A stretch of DNA of 63,965 nucleotides, counting the filler, from Candidatus Tectimicrobiota bacterium (GTDB lineage Bacteria; JACPSX01): assembly GCA_016193065.1 (NCBI GenBank). It is 5 parts of 5 records of this genome, joined end to end, with 100 filler letters (N's around TTAATTAATTAA, not from the genome) between each part and the next. Parts side by side here need not be neighbours in the genome. Positions count along the whole stretch, not along the records: positions 1 to 26,266 come from JACPSX010000294.1; 4 more parts are not named here. The stretch is one strand, 5' to 3'. Shown one piece after another: positions 1-8,700 of the stretch. The position numbers and the translations under genes are program-made. The notes beneath the pieces were generated by a model that worked only from the letters and a program-made list of their open reading frames with translations, did no database searches and was not told the origin of the DNA. The first letter of the stretch is position 1. Every line of letters starts with the position of its first letter.

Positions 1-73
1 CCTCCTTAAGGAAAGGAGTATGGGGATCTTCCAGACAGAGTGGTATGATGGCCGACGCATCCCAAAACTTCAT
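1..73 (-). CDS. vapC: VapC/PIN-domain toxin, 5' part only (runs off window)
   Basis: Manual translation MKFWDASAIIPLCLEDPHTPFLKE; PIN-type N-terminal D-x-S-A motif; ATGA overlap with antitoxin stop. Confidence 0.8.
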   Translation of the reverse strand, partial: MKFWDASAIIPLCLEDPHTPFLKE

Positions 74-363
74 CTTCCTCCCGCTCTCTCCTCCAGAAGA
101 GCCTTTAATCCAACCCCCCGTTTATCCTCGGGTCGCGGCATTTTCCAGAATCCTTTCGGCAATTTTCCGGATCCGATGCGAACGAGTCCCGCCCGGGCCA
201 GTTCCTGAAGATGGGGCGAGACCGTCGCGCTCTCGGGATGGAGGGGGACAATCTTGGCAATCGGCTTTCCCCGTTCCGTGACAATGATCTCTTCGCCGGC
301 CTTCACCCGGACCAGATATTCACTCAGGGTAGCTTTCAGTTTGGATATCGCCGCACTCTTCAT
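70..363 (-). CDS. Phd/YefM-family antitoxin
   Basis: MKSAAISKLKATLSEYLVRVKAGEEIIVTERGKPIAKIVP, typical Phd fold; directly upstream of PIN toxin. Confidence 0.9.
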   Translation of the reverse strand: MKSAAISKLKATLSEYLVRVKAGEEIIVTERGKPIAKIVPLHPESATVSPHLQELARAGLVRIGSGKLPKGFWKMPRPEDKRGVGLKALLEERAGGR

Positions 364-386
364 AGCAGACCTCAATGGTTAGTTCT

Positions 387-422
387 ATTTGACCATTATA
401 GTCAAATGAAGTCCTCTGTCAA
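387..422 (-). promoter_or_regulatory. sigma70 promoter of TA operon with overlapping palindromic operator
   Basis: TTGACA(422-417)-N16-TATAAT(400-395); inverted repeat ATTTGAC/GTCAAAT brackets the -10. Confidence 0.75.
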
Positions 423-556
423 CCGGGTCGTCGGTAGCGGTGCCGCAGGAACACCTGGTGGCCCCCGCGGGCCAGCGCCGCGCAGGTGTTCAGGCTCTGG
501 ATCAAGCGGGCCGCCGGGTTCGGTAAGACCTCGCTTACCGGGTACAGGATCCGCAC
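419..556 (-). pseudogene. Truncated GT4 glycosyltransferase N-terminus (45 aa)
   Basis: GTG-RILYPVSEVLPNPAARLIQSLNTCAALARGGHQVFL then an early stop at the TA promoter. Confidence 0.6.
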
Positions 557-561
557 AACGT

Positions 562-1847
562 TTATGGCCCTGGTCTTTTGCCCCGCCGGGGATCGGATGG
601 TTTTGACTGTACAAGATCATCGTAAACCTCGACCAGTTGCCGAGTGATCTGGTCCCGCGTATACCTGGCCATTACGGTCGCTGAGGCGTTGGCCACGACA
701 GACCTGCGCAGGTTGTCCTCCTCGAGGAGGCGAAGCACGTTCGCAGCCACAGAGGCGAAATCATTCGGACTCGCCAGGAGGCCGTTTTGTTCATGCTCGA
801 TGATCTCATCAATTACAGGGATCCTTGTGCTCACGACCGGACAACGGCAAGCCATCCCTTCGATAACTGAGATGCCAAACCCTTCATATCGGGTCGGCTG
901 GACCAAGGCATCGGCAAAAGAAAGGATCAGAAATTTATTCCTATCGTCGACCTGGGTGAACAGAAAGCACCTCTCACCCGTACCTTGCGCGCGATTGATG
1001 GAATCCAGTTCCCCCCTGCCCTCTAGGCTTTGAGAAATAAAAAGGAACGACGCCCGCGGAAACTTCTGAAGAATTGCCGGCATTGCTCTGGCCAACAAAT
1101 CAAAACCTTTCCGGTGCTTGATCTGGCCGATGTAGATGATGATAGGACGACTCAAAGATCTTCCATCTTCCATCTTCCATCTTCCATCACCTCATGGTCT
1201 CTGCGGACACACTTTTTTATGAACTCCAACAGAATCCCATTAGGGATAACTTTAACGGGTTTCCCGGCTCCGAGGAATTGAGCGCACAGGCTCTTCTCGA
1301 ACACTGAGAGAGCTATGATCGCATCCGCCTTCGAAAACGCCGAGTGCATTCGGAAATTCATATAGTGGTCAAAAAACCTGCCGTCCTTCAGAGCGCTCCT
1401 GGCGACCTCTTTCAGCCGAAAAATTGCCGACTCAAAAGCGATTTTTCCGGCCAGTGGATCCTCCGTATTCTCTACGATGTAAGAATCGTGAAGGAGGCCG
1501 TGAGGAGTAAAGACAACCGGAATCTTCAAGATATTTCCGGCCCAAGCCAATAAAAATCCAAGACGATTTTTCGGATCGTGGATGCGAATAACGTCAGGTC
1601 GTTTCTGTTGAAGTAAAGCCAGCAGGATCCCGGGCGACAGACCATGTCGATGAGGCTTGACCCGCCACACCCTGATTCCTTCCATGAGACTTTTCCTGCA
1701 CCTCATCTGAGGAAAAGGGCTGCGGGGAACCTGGTAGCAAAGAAGCGACACCTGGTGGCCTGCTTCGTGAAGGCCCGTCGCTTGTACATAATCGGGCCAC
1801 GACTTGTAGTAATCAATCCCCGCTCCAGAACAGATCAGGATTCGCAT
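562..1847 (-). pseudogene. GT4 glycosyltransferase split by a frameshift in a (GATGGAA)4 repeat; possibly phase-variable
   Basis: N-half 1152-1847 (GHQVSLL, TPHG, VIPNG) and C-half 562-1173 (RKGFDLL, EGFGISVIEGMAC) overlap exactly at the repeat. Confidence 0.85.
1158..1188 (-). repeat. Heptanucleotide tandem repeat (GATGGAA)4 plus GAT
   Basis: Plus strand ATC(TTCCATC)4. Confidence 0.95.
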
Positions 1848-1856
1848 GATATCTCC

Positions 1857-2933
1857 TCAGAGTTCCGTCTTTGCATCCTGCACAGCCTCGGTCAACCGCT
1901 CCATGCGCCGGGCAAAGGTGTGGTCCCGCTGCACCCTCTCGTACCCTCGCTCGGCGATCTTCCGGCGGGCTTCAGGGTTCGCCAGCAGAAAGTTTATCTT
2001 ATCAACCAGTTCCTCCAGGGAACGGTAGGACTCCACTTCCTCCCCGATCCGGTAGATCTCACTCAGCTCTTCCGAGTGCTCCAGCATGGCCATCCCCCCG
2101 CAGGCCGGTACTTCAAAAGCAAGACCGTTGACCCCCGAAGGGATTCCGTGCCAGGTATGAATGTTGAGACTGATCCGGGCCACATTGAACAGTTTGACGA
2201 CCTGCTCACCGTAAATCCCCGCCCCCTGAACGCAACCCGCCAATCTTCCGTCGCCGGAGAAGGCCTTTCTCCACCCGGGCCCCCAGATCTTCAAAGAAGC
2301 GGAAGTCCGAGAAGCCAGGTGTTCTATGATTTCCTGACGCTCCTTGTTCCACGATCCCACAAAGCTCACATCACAATCGTAACGCTGGCTGTCCGCGGCG
2401 GAGACCGCAAGCCTGCGGTGGATCCCGGGATCCACCGCCAGAGGCAGGTAATGACAGGGAACCTCCACCTGGCGGCGGAACTCGTCGAGAGCCCGCCGGG
2501 AAGTGCTCAGCAGGAGATCACAGCAGCGGACCTCTTCCACCGTATCCGGGTAGATCTTGATGGGTCCCTTGAGCCACCAGTAAGCCAGAACCGGAGAAAT
2601 GGTTTGTCTGATCTCCCGAAGAACCTCCGGAAGGAAGGAGGCCCCTCTCATGACCACCACCGCATCGGGCCGGACTTCTCGAACCGTGCGCAAAAGGCCC
2701 CGGCTCCGGGTGCTCAGATTGCTCCAGCGAGAGCGCATCAGGAATTCCTGATCCCGCCAAATGCGAAGGTTGCTCAGGATCTTGTTGGCCGGCCGGATCA
2801 CCCAGCGATCAAACGGGGTCCGCACGTCACACTCGAACGAAGCCACTTCATGCCCGAGACCGCGCAAAGCTTCCGCGCAGCTCCGTCCCAAGGGCACGGC
2901 CGTGCAGAAATAGTAGCAGAGAAGAATTTTCAT
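1857..2933 (-). CDS. Glycosyltransferase, CgeB/Glyco_trans_1_2-like
   Basis: DVSFVGSW, IWGPGW, ISLNIH, FEVPACGG, HTFARRM motifs. Confidence 0.85.
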   Translation of the reverse strand: MKILLCYYFCTAVPLGRSCAEALRGLGHEVASFECDVRTPFDRWVIRPANKILSNLRIWRDQEFLMRSRWSNLSTRSRGLLRTVREVRPDAVVVMRGASFLPEVLREIRQTISPVLAYWWLKGPIKIYPDTVEEVRCCDLLLSTSRRALDEFRRQVEVPCHYLPLAVDPGIHRRLAVSAADSQRYDCDVSFVGSWNKERQEIIEHLASRTSASLKIWGPGWRKAFSGDGRLAGCVQGAGIYGEQVVKLFNVARISLNIHTWHGIPSGVNGLAFEVPACGGMAMLEHSEELSEIYRIGEEVESYRSLEELVDKINFLLANPEARRKIAERGYERVQRDHTFARRMERLTEAVQDAKTEL

Positions 2934-4304
2934 CTACGATCCACCTGCGGACTGCAGCCGGGAGAGGAAGCCCTCCAGATCGGGATCCCAGATTTTCGCG
3001 GGATCCCCGATCGTCTCCGGGAGAAACAGCGCATTCGGAGCACGGTCCGACGACTCCCCCCCCTCACCCCTGCCTGCGCCGCGGGCGCCTGTCCGCGTGC
3101 GGACACGCACAGGCGGGCGGCAGGCAGGCTGACCCCCTCCCGTCAGAGGAGAGGGGAGAGAAACAAGGGGATCGGGCCAGGGGTAAAGCACCAGAAGAGG
3201 GAGATAGCGGCGGAAACGCGCCAGCCAAGCGGCTTCCCTAGAAAGGTAAACGTACTGGTAACGCTTCTTTCTGGCCAGCCGCCGGCAGCGCATGAGAGCA
3301 TACAGTCCAAAGCAGAAGCGGTTCCCCAGGTTCCCTGCGGACAGCGGGCGAACCAAGTAGGTTTTCAGATTTGCATGGGGAGTAAGCCCCAAACTCTCCC
3401 AGAAGGTCTCCGGCCTTAGAGGCTCCGGGAGCCCGGAAACCACCGCTACCCGACAGCGTGAGCGGGCAAACGCATGGGCTTTCTGCAGCAGCTTCACGAA
3501 GGCCTCAAAGGATTCGGGAACCGCGGGCACCCCGACAAAGACCAGCGCCGGCCGCGCAGGCCACTTCGCGTGCAGTCGCTGGCGGTTCTGTTCGGAAATA
3601 TTCTCGCCCCAGTCGGGAATCCGATCGAAGCTGCGGTTTTGAAAATGATGCACCCAGGAGTCCTGGACTTTTACGGAGAGGTAGCCGGCCCGGCGGGCGC
3701 GTTCGCAGTAGTCGTTGTCCTCGAAATTCCCCATGCCGAACGTCTCATCCAGGAAGCCGACGGCTTCAATCACCTCGCGCTTGATGAGCAGGCAGAATCC
3801 GCTGCAGTGCTCGAGCTCCTCGATTTTCCCCCCGCCGCGGGCCAGTCTCAACTGCACTTTCCGCCAGCGTTCCTCGGACCAGGATCCGCCCACGTTCCCC
3901 AGAGGATTCACTAAGCCGACCTGCGGTCGCGCCGCAGCCGCGGCGATCATGCGGGAGAGCCAGCCTTCCGTAACCAGGGTGTCGTTGTTGAGCAGGCAGA
4001 CGTAAGGCGCCTGGGAAGCCCTCAGGCCCTGATTGACAGCCCGCACAAATCCCAAATTCGTCGGGTTGGAGATGAGGACCAGTTTTTCTCCCAATGAAGC
4101 CGAGATCCCCTGCAGGTATTCCCCGGTGCCGTCCGTGCTGCCGTTGTCGATCACGATGAGGCGCGCCAGTTCCGGCGTGTGGCGCAGGATGCTCTCGATG
4201 CACCCCCGCGTGTAGGACAGTTGATTCCACACCGGAATCACCAGGTCGCACAAAGGCTGGCTTCCTCCCTCTTTTGAAATTCTATTTTCCCAGGAGGCCG
4301 CCAT
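2934..4304 (-). CDS. GT2 glycosyltransferase with C-terminal extension containing an in-frame palindromic insertion
   Basis: VIPVWNQ, IDNGSTDGT, LLNND, FEDNDYC. Confidence 0.85.
   Translation of the reverse strand: MAASWENRISKEGGSQPLCDLVIPVWNQLSYTRGCIESILRHTPELARLIVIDNGSTDGTGEYLQGISASLGEKLVLISNPTNLGFVRAVNQGLRASQAPYVCLLNNDTLVTEGWLSRMIAAAAARPQVGLVNPLGNVGGSWSEERWRKVQLRLARGGGKIEELEHCSGFCLLIKREVIEAVGFLDETFGMGNFEDNDYCERARRAGYLSVKVQDSWVHHFQNRSFDRIPDWGENISEQNRQRLHAKWPARPALVFVGVPAVPESFEAFVKLLQKAHAFARSRCRVAVVSGLPEPLRPETFWESLGLTPHANLKTYLVRPLSAGNLGNRFCFGLYALMRCRRLARKKRYQYVYLSREAAWLARFRRYLPLLVLYPWPDPLVSLPSPLTGGGQPACRPPVRVRTRTGARGAGRGEGGESSDRAPNALFLPETIGDPAKIWDPDLEGFLSRLQSAGGS
3056..3160. repeat. Triply nested palindromic element inside the GT2 CDS
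   Basis: Outer CCCTCACC..CCCTCCC..GGGAGAGGG palindrome; middle 30-nt CCTGCCTG..CAGGCAGG spanning 3069-3128; inner 30-nt CCTGTCCG..CAGGCGGG at 3088-3117. Confidence 0.85.
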
Positions 4305-5454
4305 AGAGATCCTCCACCTTGCGGGTCACCTCTGTCCAGTCAAACTCCCGCTCCACCCGGGCCCGGCCCCATTCGGCCATGGCGCAACTTCGCGCCGGAT
4401 CCTCCAGAAGAGAGCAAATAGCCGCCCCCAATTGCTCCGGGTCTTCCGGATGGTCCAGCAAAATCCCGTTCCGGCCTTCGCTGACTGCCTCCGAAATCCC
4501 GCCGCGCCGGGAGGCTACGATAGGTAGTCCGCTGGCGGCAGCCTCCAGGAAAACCATGCCGAAGGCTTCCCCTTCCAGGGAGGGAGCAGCGAACAGGTCT
4601 CCCAGGAGATAATAGCGGTGAATCTCGGACGGCGGGATCAAATCCAGAAACTTCACCCGGTCCCCGTAAGGACGGGCCATGGAGATGACGGTTTTGCCGT
4701 ATTCCATGCGCTGCCGGTCTCCACGCAAATCGCGCCGGATCTCGCCAATCAGAACAAGAGCCGCATCGGGGTGGCGGCGCAATACCAGAGGAAAAGCGGA
4801 TATCAGCGTGTTGATCCCCTTTTCCGGAGAAACCCTCCCCACAAACAGGATCACCTTGGAATTTTCCATTCCCAATTCCCGGCGCAGCCGCCGGACCTCC
4901 TCGGGAACTTCCCAGCGGGGGCGGAACTTCCGGGTATCCACCCCATTGGGGAGGATCGCCGTTTCCCCACGAAATCCGTCGAAGCACTCGCAGGCAAAGT
5001 TCAGGATGTACCGGCTGCAGCCCGCCAGGATGTCAAATTCAGGCAGCACTCCGCCGGCAACCGTGAACTTGTTGTGCACGTGGAGCACAACAGGCACCCG
5101 CGCTCCTGACAGGTTTTGCCGCACCGCCCCTAGAAACTGAAAGCGGTTGTGGAGGTGGATGAGCGCCGGGGAAACCCCGGCCACGAGCCGGGCAACCCGG
5201 CGCTCCATAGGGAATGGATCCAGCCGCGTGATCTTCTTGAACAGACGTGTGTAAAGAGTCCCGAACCGAACCCGCCGGTGGCGCACTCTCCGAACCGTCT
5301 CCTGCTCGGGGCGCTGCGGATCCCAGCAAGAGATGACCCAGGGCTCGTAAGACGCCAGGCGTCCGGCCACCTCGTCGATCCAGGTCTCTACGGCGGCCCC
5401 TTTAACGGGGGGAACCGGATGGAACCCCGGAGCGATGAGCGCGACTTTCTCCAT
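4282..5454 (-). CDS. GT4 glycosyltransferase
   Basis: PVPPVKGAAVE, FVGRVSPEKG, EAFGMVFLEAAASG. Confidence 0.9.
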   Translation of the reverse strand: MEKVALIAPGFHPVPPVKGAAVETWIDEVAGRLASYEPWVISCWDPQRPEQETVRRVRHRRVRFGTLYTRLFKKITRLDPFPMERRVARLVAGVSPALIHLHNRFQFLGAVRQNLSGARVPVVLHVHNKFTVAGGVLPEFDILAGCSRYILNFACECFDGFRGETAILPNGVDTRKFRPRWEVPEEVRRLRRELGMENSKVILFVGRVSPEKGINTLISAFPLVLRRHPDAALVLIGEIRRDLRGDRQRMEYGKTVISMARPYGDRVKFLDLIPPSEIHRYYLLGDLFAAPSLEGEAFGMVFLEAAASGLPIVASRRGGISEAVSEGRNGILLDHPEDPEQLGAAICSLLEDPARSCAMAEWGRARVEREFDWTEVTRKVEDLYGGLLGK

Positions 5455-5468
5455 GGAGACCCGCTCCT

Positions 5469-6713
5469 TCACGTCCGATTCCGCACGTCCCCCTCACCCC
5501 TGCCTGCGCCGCGGGCGCGGCAGGCAGGCTCCCCTCTCCCCCCTGCGTGGGGAGAGGGTGATTTCGAGAGATTGTAATACTCGTTCTCCAGAGCGCGAGC
5601 CACCCGATCCCAGGTAAATCGCGCCAGGACTCGCTGGCGTCCTTCTCTCCCCATCCTGCCACGCAACTCCGGATCCGCCAGGAGGAGGAGAATCTTTTCA
5701 GCCATCCCGGCCGCATCTCCGGGCTCCGTGAAAAAGCCGGTAAGACGGTCTTCGGCCACTTCGGGAATTCCTCCCACCCGGGTGGCCACCGCGGCAACTC
5801 CGCACGCCATGGCCTCGCACAGAGAGATGCCGAAGGTCTCGTCGGCAATGCTGGGGAGAACGAAAACATCAGCCAGAGCGAGATAGCGGGGAAGACGGGC
5901 GCGCGGAACCGGGCCGGCAAACACGATTTTTTCTGAAAGCCCCAGGTTCCCGCCCAAGTTCTCCAGATTCCGGCGCTCCTCTCCGTCTCCGAGGATTAAC
6001 AGTCTTACCGCGGAGCGGCGCTGGACAACCAGATTGAGAGCCACAATGAGATGACTCACCCCTTTCCAGCCGATGAGACGTCCCACGTAGAGGATCACCT
6101 GTTCTTCCGCGCGAAACCCCAGATCTTCCCGCAAGGATGTGTCTGCAGGAAGGGGCCGGAACTCCTCGGGATCGATCCCGTTATAGATCACCGCCGGGAG
6201 AACGCCGTAGCGATCCTGGACCTGGCGGGCGTTAAACTCGCTGCAGGAAACCGCGGCATCGACGCAGCGAAACCAGAGCCGGTCCGTGCAAAAGAAATCC
6301 CGGCCGTGGCACCCCAGCATCACCCTGACTCCGGAAAACCGCTTGGCCAGGACCGCCACCGGCAGGTCGTAGGGCTTGTGGATGTGCAGGACGTCGTAGC
6401 GCTCCCGGATTACGTCGGGCAGGGCCCGCGCCGCAAAACTCAGGCGCTCGCCGAGCTTGCGAAATCGGCTCCCCAGGTTCGGGATCCGGTGGCGCGGAAG
6501 AAACGGGTAGGAAAACACCCGGACCCCATCCGGGTGGGGCTCCAGATGGCCGCCCCGTCCGGTGAAGATGTGGATCTCATGCCCCAGGCGAGCCAGAGCC
6601 GAGGAAGCCCCCCACACGAAGCTCTCCACCCCCCCGATGCGGGCCGCTGCGGTGACATTGTACATGGCAACTTTCAGCGGCCGGCCGGAAGCCTCGGGAT
6701 TTCTCAAGCTCAC
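5469..6713 (-). CDS. GT4 glycosyltransferase; C-terminus encoded by a palindromic repeat
   Basis: YVGRLIGWKG, ETFGISLCEAMACG. Confidence 0.9.
   Translation of the reverse strand: MSLRNPEASGRPLKVAMYNVTAAARIGGVESFVWGASSALARLGHEIHIFTGRGGHLEPHPDGVRVFSYPFLPRHRIPNLGSRFRKLGERLSFAARALPDVIRERYDVLHIHKPYDLPVAVLAKRFSGVRVMLGCHGRDFFCTDRLWFRCVDAAVSCSEFNARQVQDRYGVLPAVIYNGIDPEEFRPLPADTSLREDLGFRAEEQVILYVGRLIGWKGVSHLIVALNLVVQRRSAVRLLILGDGEERRNLENLGGNLGLSEKIVFAGPVPRARLPRYLALADVFVLPSIADETFGISLCEAMACGVAAVATRVGGIPEVAEDRLTGFFTEPGDAAGMAEKILLLLADPELRGRMGREGRQRVLARFTWDRVARALENEYYNLSKSPSPHAGGRGEPACRARGAGRGEGDVRNRT
5488..5560. repeat. Doubly nested palindromic element (outer CCCTCACC family plus 30-nt CCTGCCTG..CAGGCAGG at 5499-5528)
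   Basis: Middle element matches the 3069-3128 copy except that it lacks the innermost 30-nt insert. Confidence 0.85.
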
Positions 6714-7879
6714 GTATTCTCTCTCCCTTGCCGCGTTGCCAGTTCCCGGTAGATTCCCAGGGCTTTCTCCACATTGTCCGCCAGAGAAAACTCGAGGGCC
6801 ACCCTCCGGGCCTCGTGCCCTGCTTCCCGGCGCCGATCCAGGTCGAAAAAATTCTTTATTGAAGAAGCGATGGAGGAGACATCCAGCGGATCCTCGAGGA
6901 TCTCCCCGCCACGCCCCTCTTCGAGAAGCTCCGAGGCTCCATTCGACCGGCTCGTCACCACAGGCACCCCGCTGGCCATGGCCTCCAGGCAGGCATTGCT
7001 GAAGGGGTCGTAGAGGGTGGGGAGAAGGAACAAATCACCGGCGGCGTAGTAGGCTTCCAGATTCCTCCTGGGGCCCAGGAACAAAACCTGCCGGGAAACT
7101 CCCAGATCCGCCGCCAGCCGCTGGTAAGGGGAGCTATCCCCTTTGCCAATTACAGCCAGACGTGGCTCCGGCCGCACCCTCTTCTCTTTTAGCTCCGCCA
7201 GTGCGGCAATGGCATAGCGCAGCCCTTTTCTCTCAAAACCGGAGCCCACAAACAGGAGAAGAAATGCCTCCGCCGGAATCCCCAGCTCCCGACGCAAGGG
7301 ACCCCCGAGCCCCTCCCGGTTGCCGGGGTGAAACCGCTCCAGATCAACCCCGTTGTAAAGCACGTCCACCTTGCCCTCCGGCACCCGGTAGTGGCGCAAG
7401 ATCTCCTCCTTCCCGCGCCGGGAGTTGGTGAGCACTTTGCGGGTGCCGCTCCCCTCAAAGATGGCGCGCTCCACGGCCAGAAGGCTGCGGTGAAACGGGT
7501 GGATGGCCGTCAGCACGCGGTCCCAGGAGGGGGCGCCTCTGGCCCGCCGCAGGAGCCACTCCCGATGGCAGCCGTCTCCGGCCCGGTAGATGTCCTGCCG
7601 CAGGGTGCGCTCGAAGCTGTGCACCACGTCAAAGGCGTTGCGCCGCAGGGCCAGAGCACTGAAGGCGGCAAAGCTCAAGATCCGCAAGGTGCGAGGATAA
7701 GTCAGGGCGGGAACCCGGTGCAGGTGGATCCCCTCCCGCTCTTCTCCATTCCAGCGCCGGGAAAACAGGTGGACCTCGACCCCCTTTTGCAGAAGGACGC
7801 GGGCGAAGCGCGATAGGTAAAGCTCGGCGCCGCCGTACGGAGAATAATTCATCCGCACCAGAGCCACTCGCAGGCTCAT
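6710..7879 (-). CDS. GT4 glycosyltransferase, WaaG-like LPS core transferase
   Basis: YGGAE, YRAGDGCH, GSGFERKGL, YDPFSNACLEAMASG. Confidence 0.85.
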   Translation of the reverse strand: MSLRVALVRMNYSPYGGAELYLSRFARVLLQKGVEVHLFSRRWNGEEREGIHLHRVPALTYPRTLRILSFAAFSALALRRNAFDVVHSFERTLRQDIYRAGDGCHREWLLRRARGAPSWDRVLTAIHPFHRSLLAVERAIFEGSGTRKVLTNSRRGKEEILRHYRVPEGKVDVLYNGVDLERFHPGNREGLGGPLRRELGIPAEAFLLLFVGSGFERKGLRYAIAALAELKEKRVRPEPRLAVIGKGDSSPYQRLAADLGVSRQVLFLGPRRNLEAYYAAGDLFLLPTLYDPFSNACLEAMASGVPVVTSRSNGASELLEEGRGGEILEDPLDVSSIASSIKNFFDLDRRREAGHEARRVALEFSLADNVEKALGIYRELATRQGRENT

Positions 7880-8700
7880 CGCCTTCCTCCCAGCAGGTCA
7901 TAGAGATCCCCGACCAGAGGATAGGAGTAAATGGCAATGCGGCTCCCGAGCCAGCCGATGTCGGCCCGCTTCACTGGGATACGGGGAATCCCGTAGAGCT
8001 CGGTCCCAGGCCGGCTGCAGCCACGCCGGGTCGTCAAGAGCGCCTGAAAGCCGACAGCCCTTGCAGCAGCCACGGCCTCCCGGGTAAATTCCCCCCAGGG
8101 CCAGCTCAGATACCGGCAATCCCCCTGCAAGCGCTGCCGGATCAGGTCCCGGGATAGCTTGAGTTCCGCCTCCATTTCCTGTACGGTCAGCCCCTGGGAA
8201 GAGATGGGACAATGGCTGTGAGTATGGGACTGCACGTCCACCAGACCGCTTTTTACCATTTCACCGAGCTCCGACCAGTTGACCGAATCCCCGCCGCGCC
8301 CCCGTTGTCCGAAGCGCGCCTTGGCCTCGCGATGGGTCGGGATCTCGGGAAGGCTCAGTCCCCTTGCCGCTCCCGCCTGGGGGCGCGCAGATCCTTCTTC
8401 AACCCAGGAGGTCACTGCAAACAGCGTGGCCTTGATCTCGTAGCGCAGCAGCAGCGGGAACGCGTAAACCCAGTTATCCAGGTAGCCGTCATCGAAGGTC
8501 AGCGCCACGGTCCGGCTGGAGAGGGCAATTTCCCCTTTCAGGAAGCGGACCAGCTCATCCAGAAAAATAGTCCGGAACTGCCCCTTCTTGAGGTAGAGCA
8601 GTTGGGTCTCAAACTCGCCGGGGGTCAGCGTCACCAGATCGCCCCGATGCGGGTTCACATGATGATACAGGAGAACGGGAACCGCCTTAGCCCGTCCCAT
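7876..8700 (-). CDS. Polysaccharide deacetylase family protein
   Basis: VPVLLYHHV, LTFDDGYLDNW, QSHTHSH, SWPWG. Confidence 0.9.
   Translation of the reverse strand: MGRAKAVPVLLYHHVNPHRGDLVTLTPGEFETQLLYLKKGQFRTIFLDELVRFLKGEIALSSRTVALTFDDGYLDNWVYAFPLLLRYEIKATLFAVTSWVEEGSARPQAGAARGLSLPEIPTHREAKARFGQRGRGGDSVNWSELGEMVKSGLVDVQSHTHSHCPISSQGLTVQEMEAELKLSRDLIRQRLQGDCRYLSWPWGEFTREAVAAARAVGFQALLTTRRGCSRPGTELYGIPRIPVKRADIGWLGSRIAIYSYPLVGDLYDLLGGRR

Noticed and set aside
1644-3419. Long antisense ORFs (591 aa here, also 14663-16057, 30827-31975, 41501-42622)
   Set aside because: Shadow frames opposite well-supported genes in high-GC DNA; no motifs
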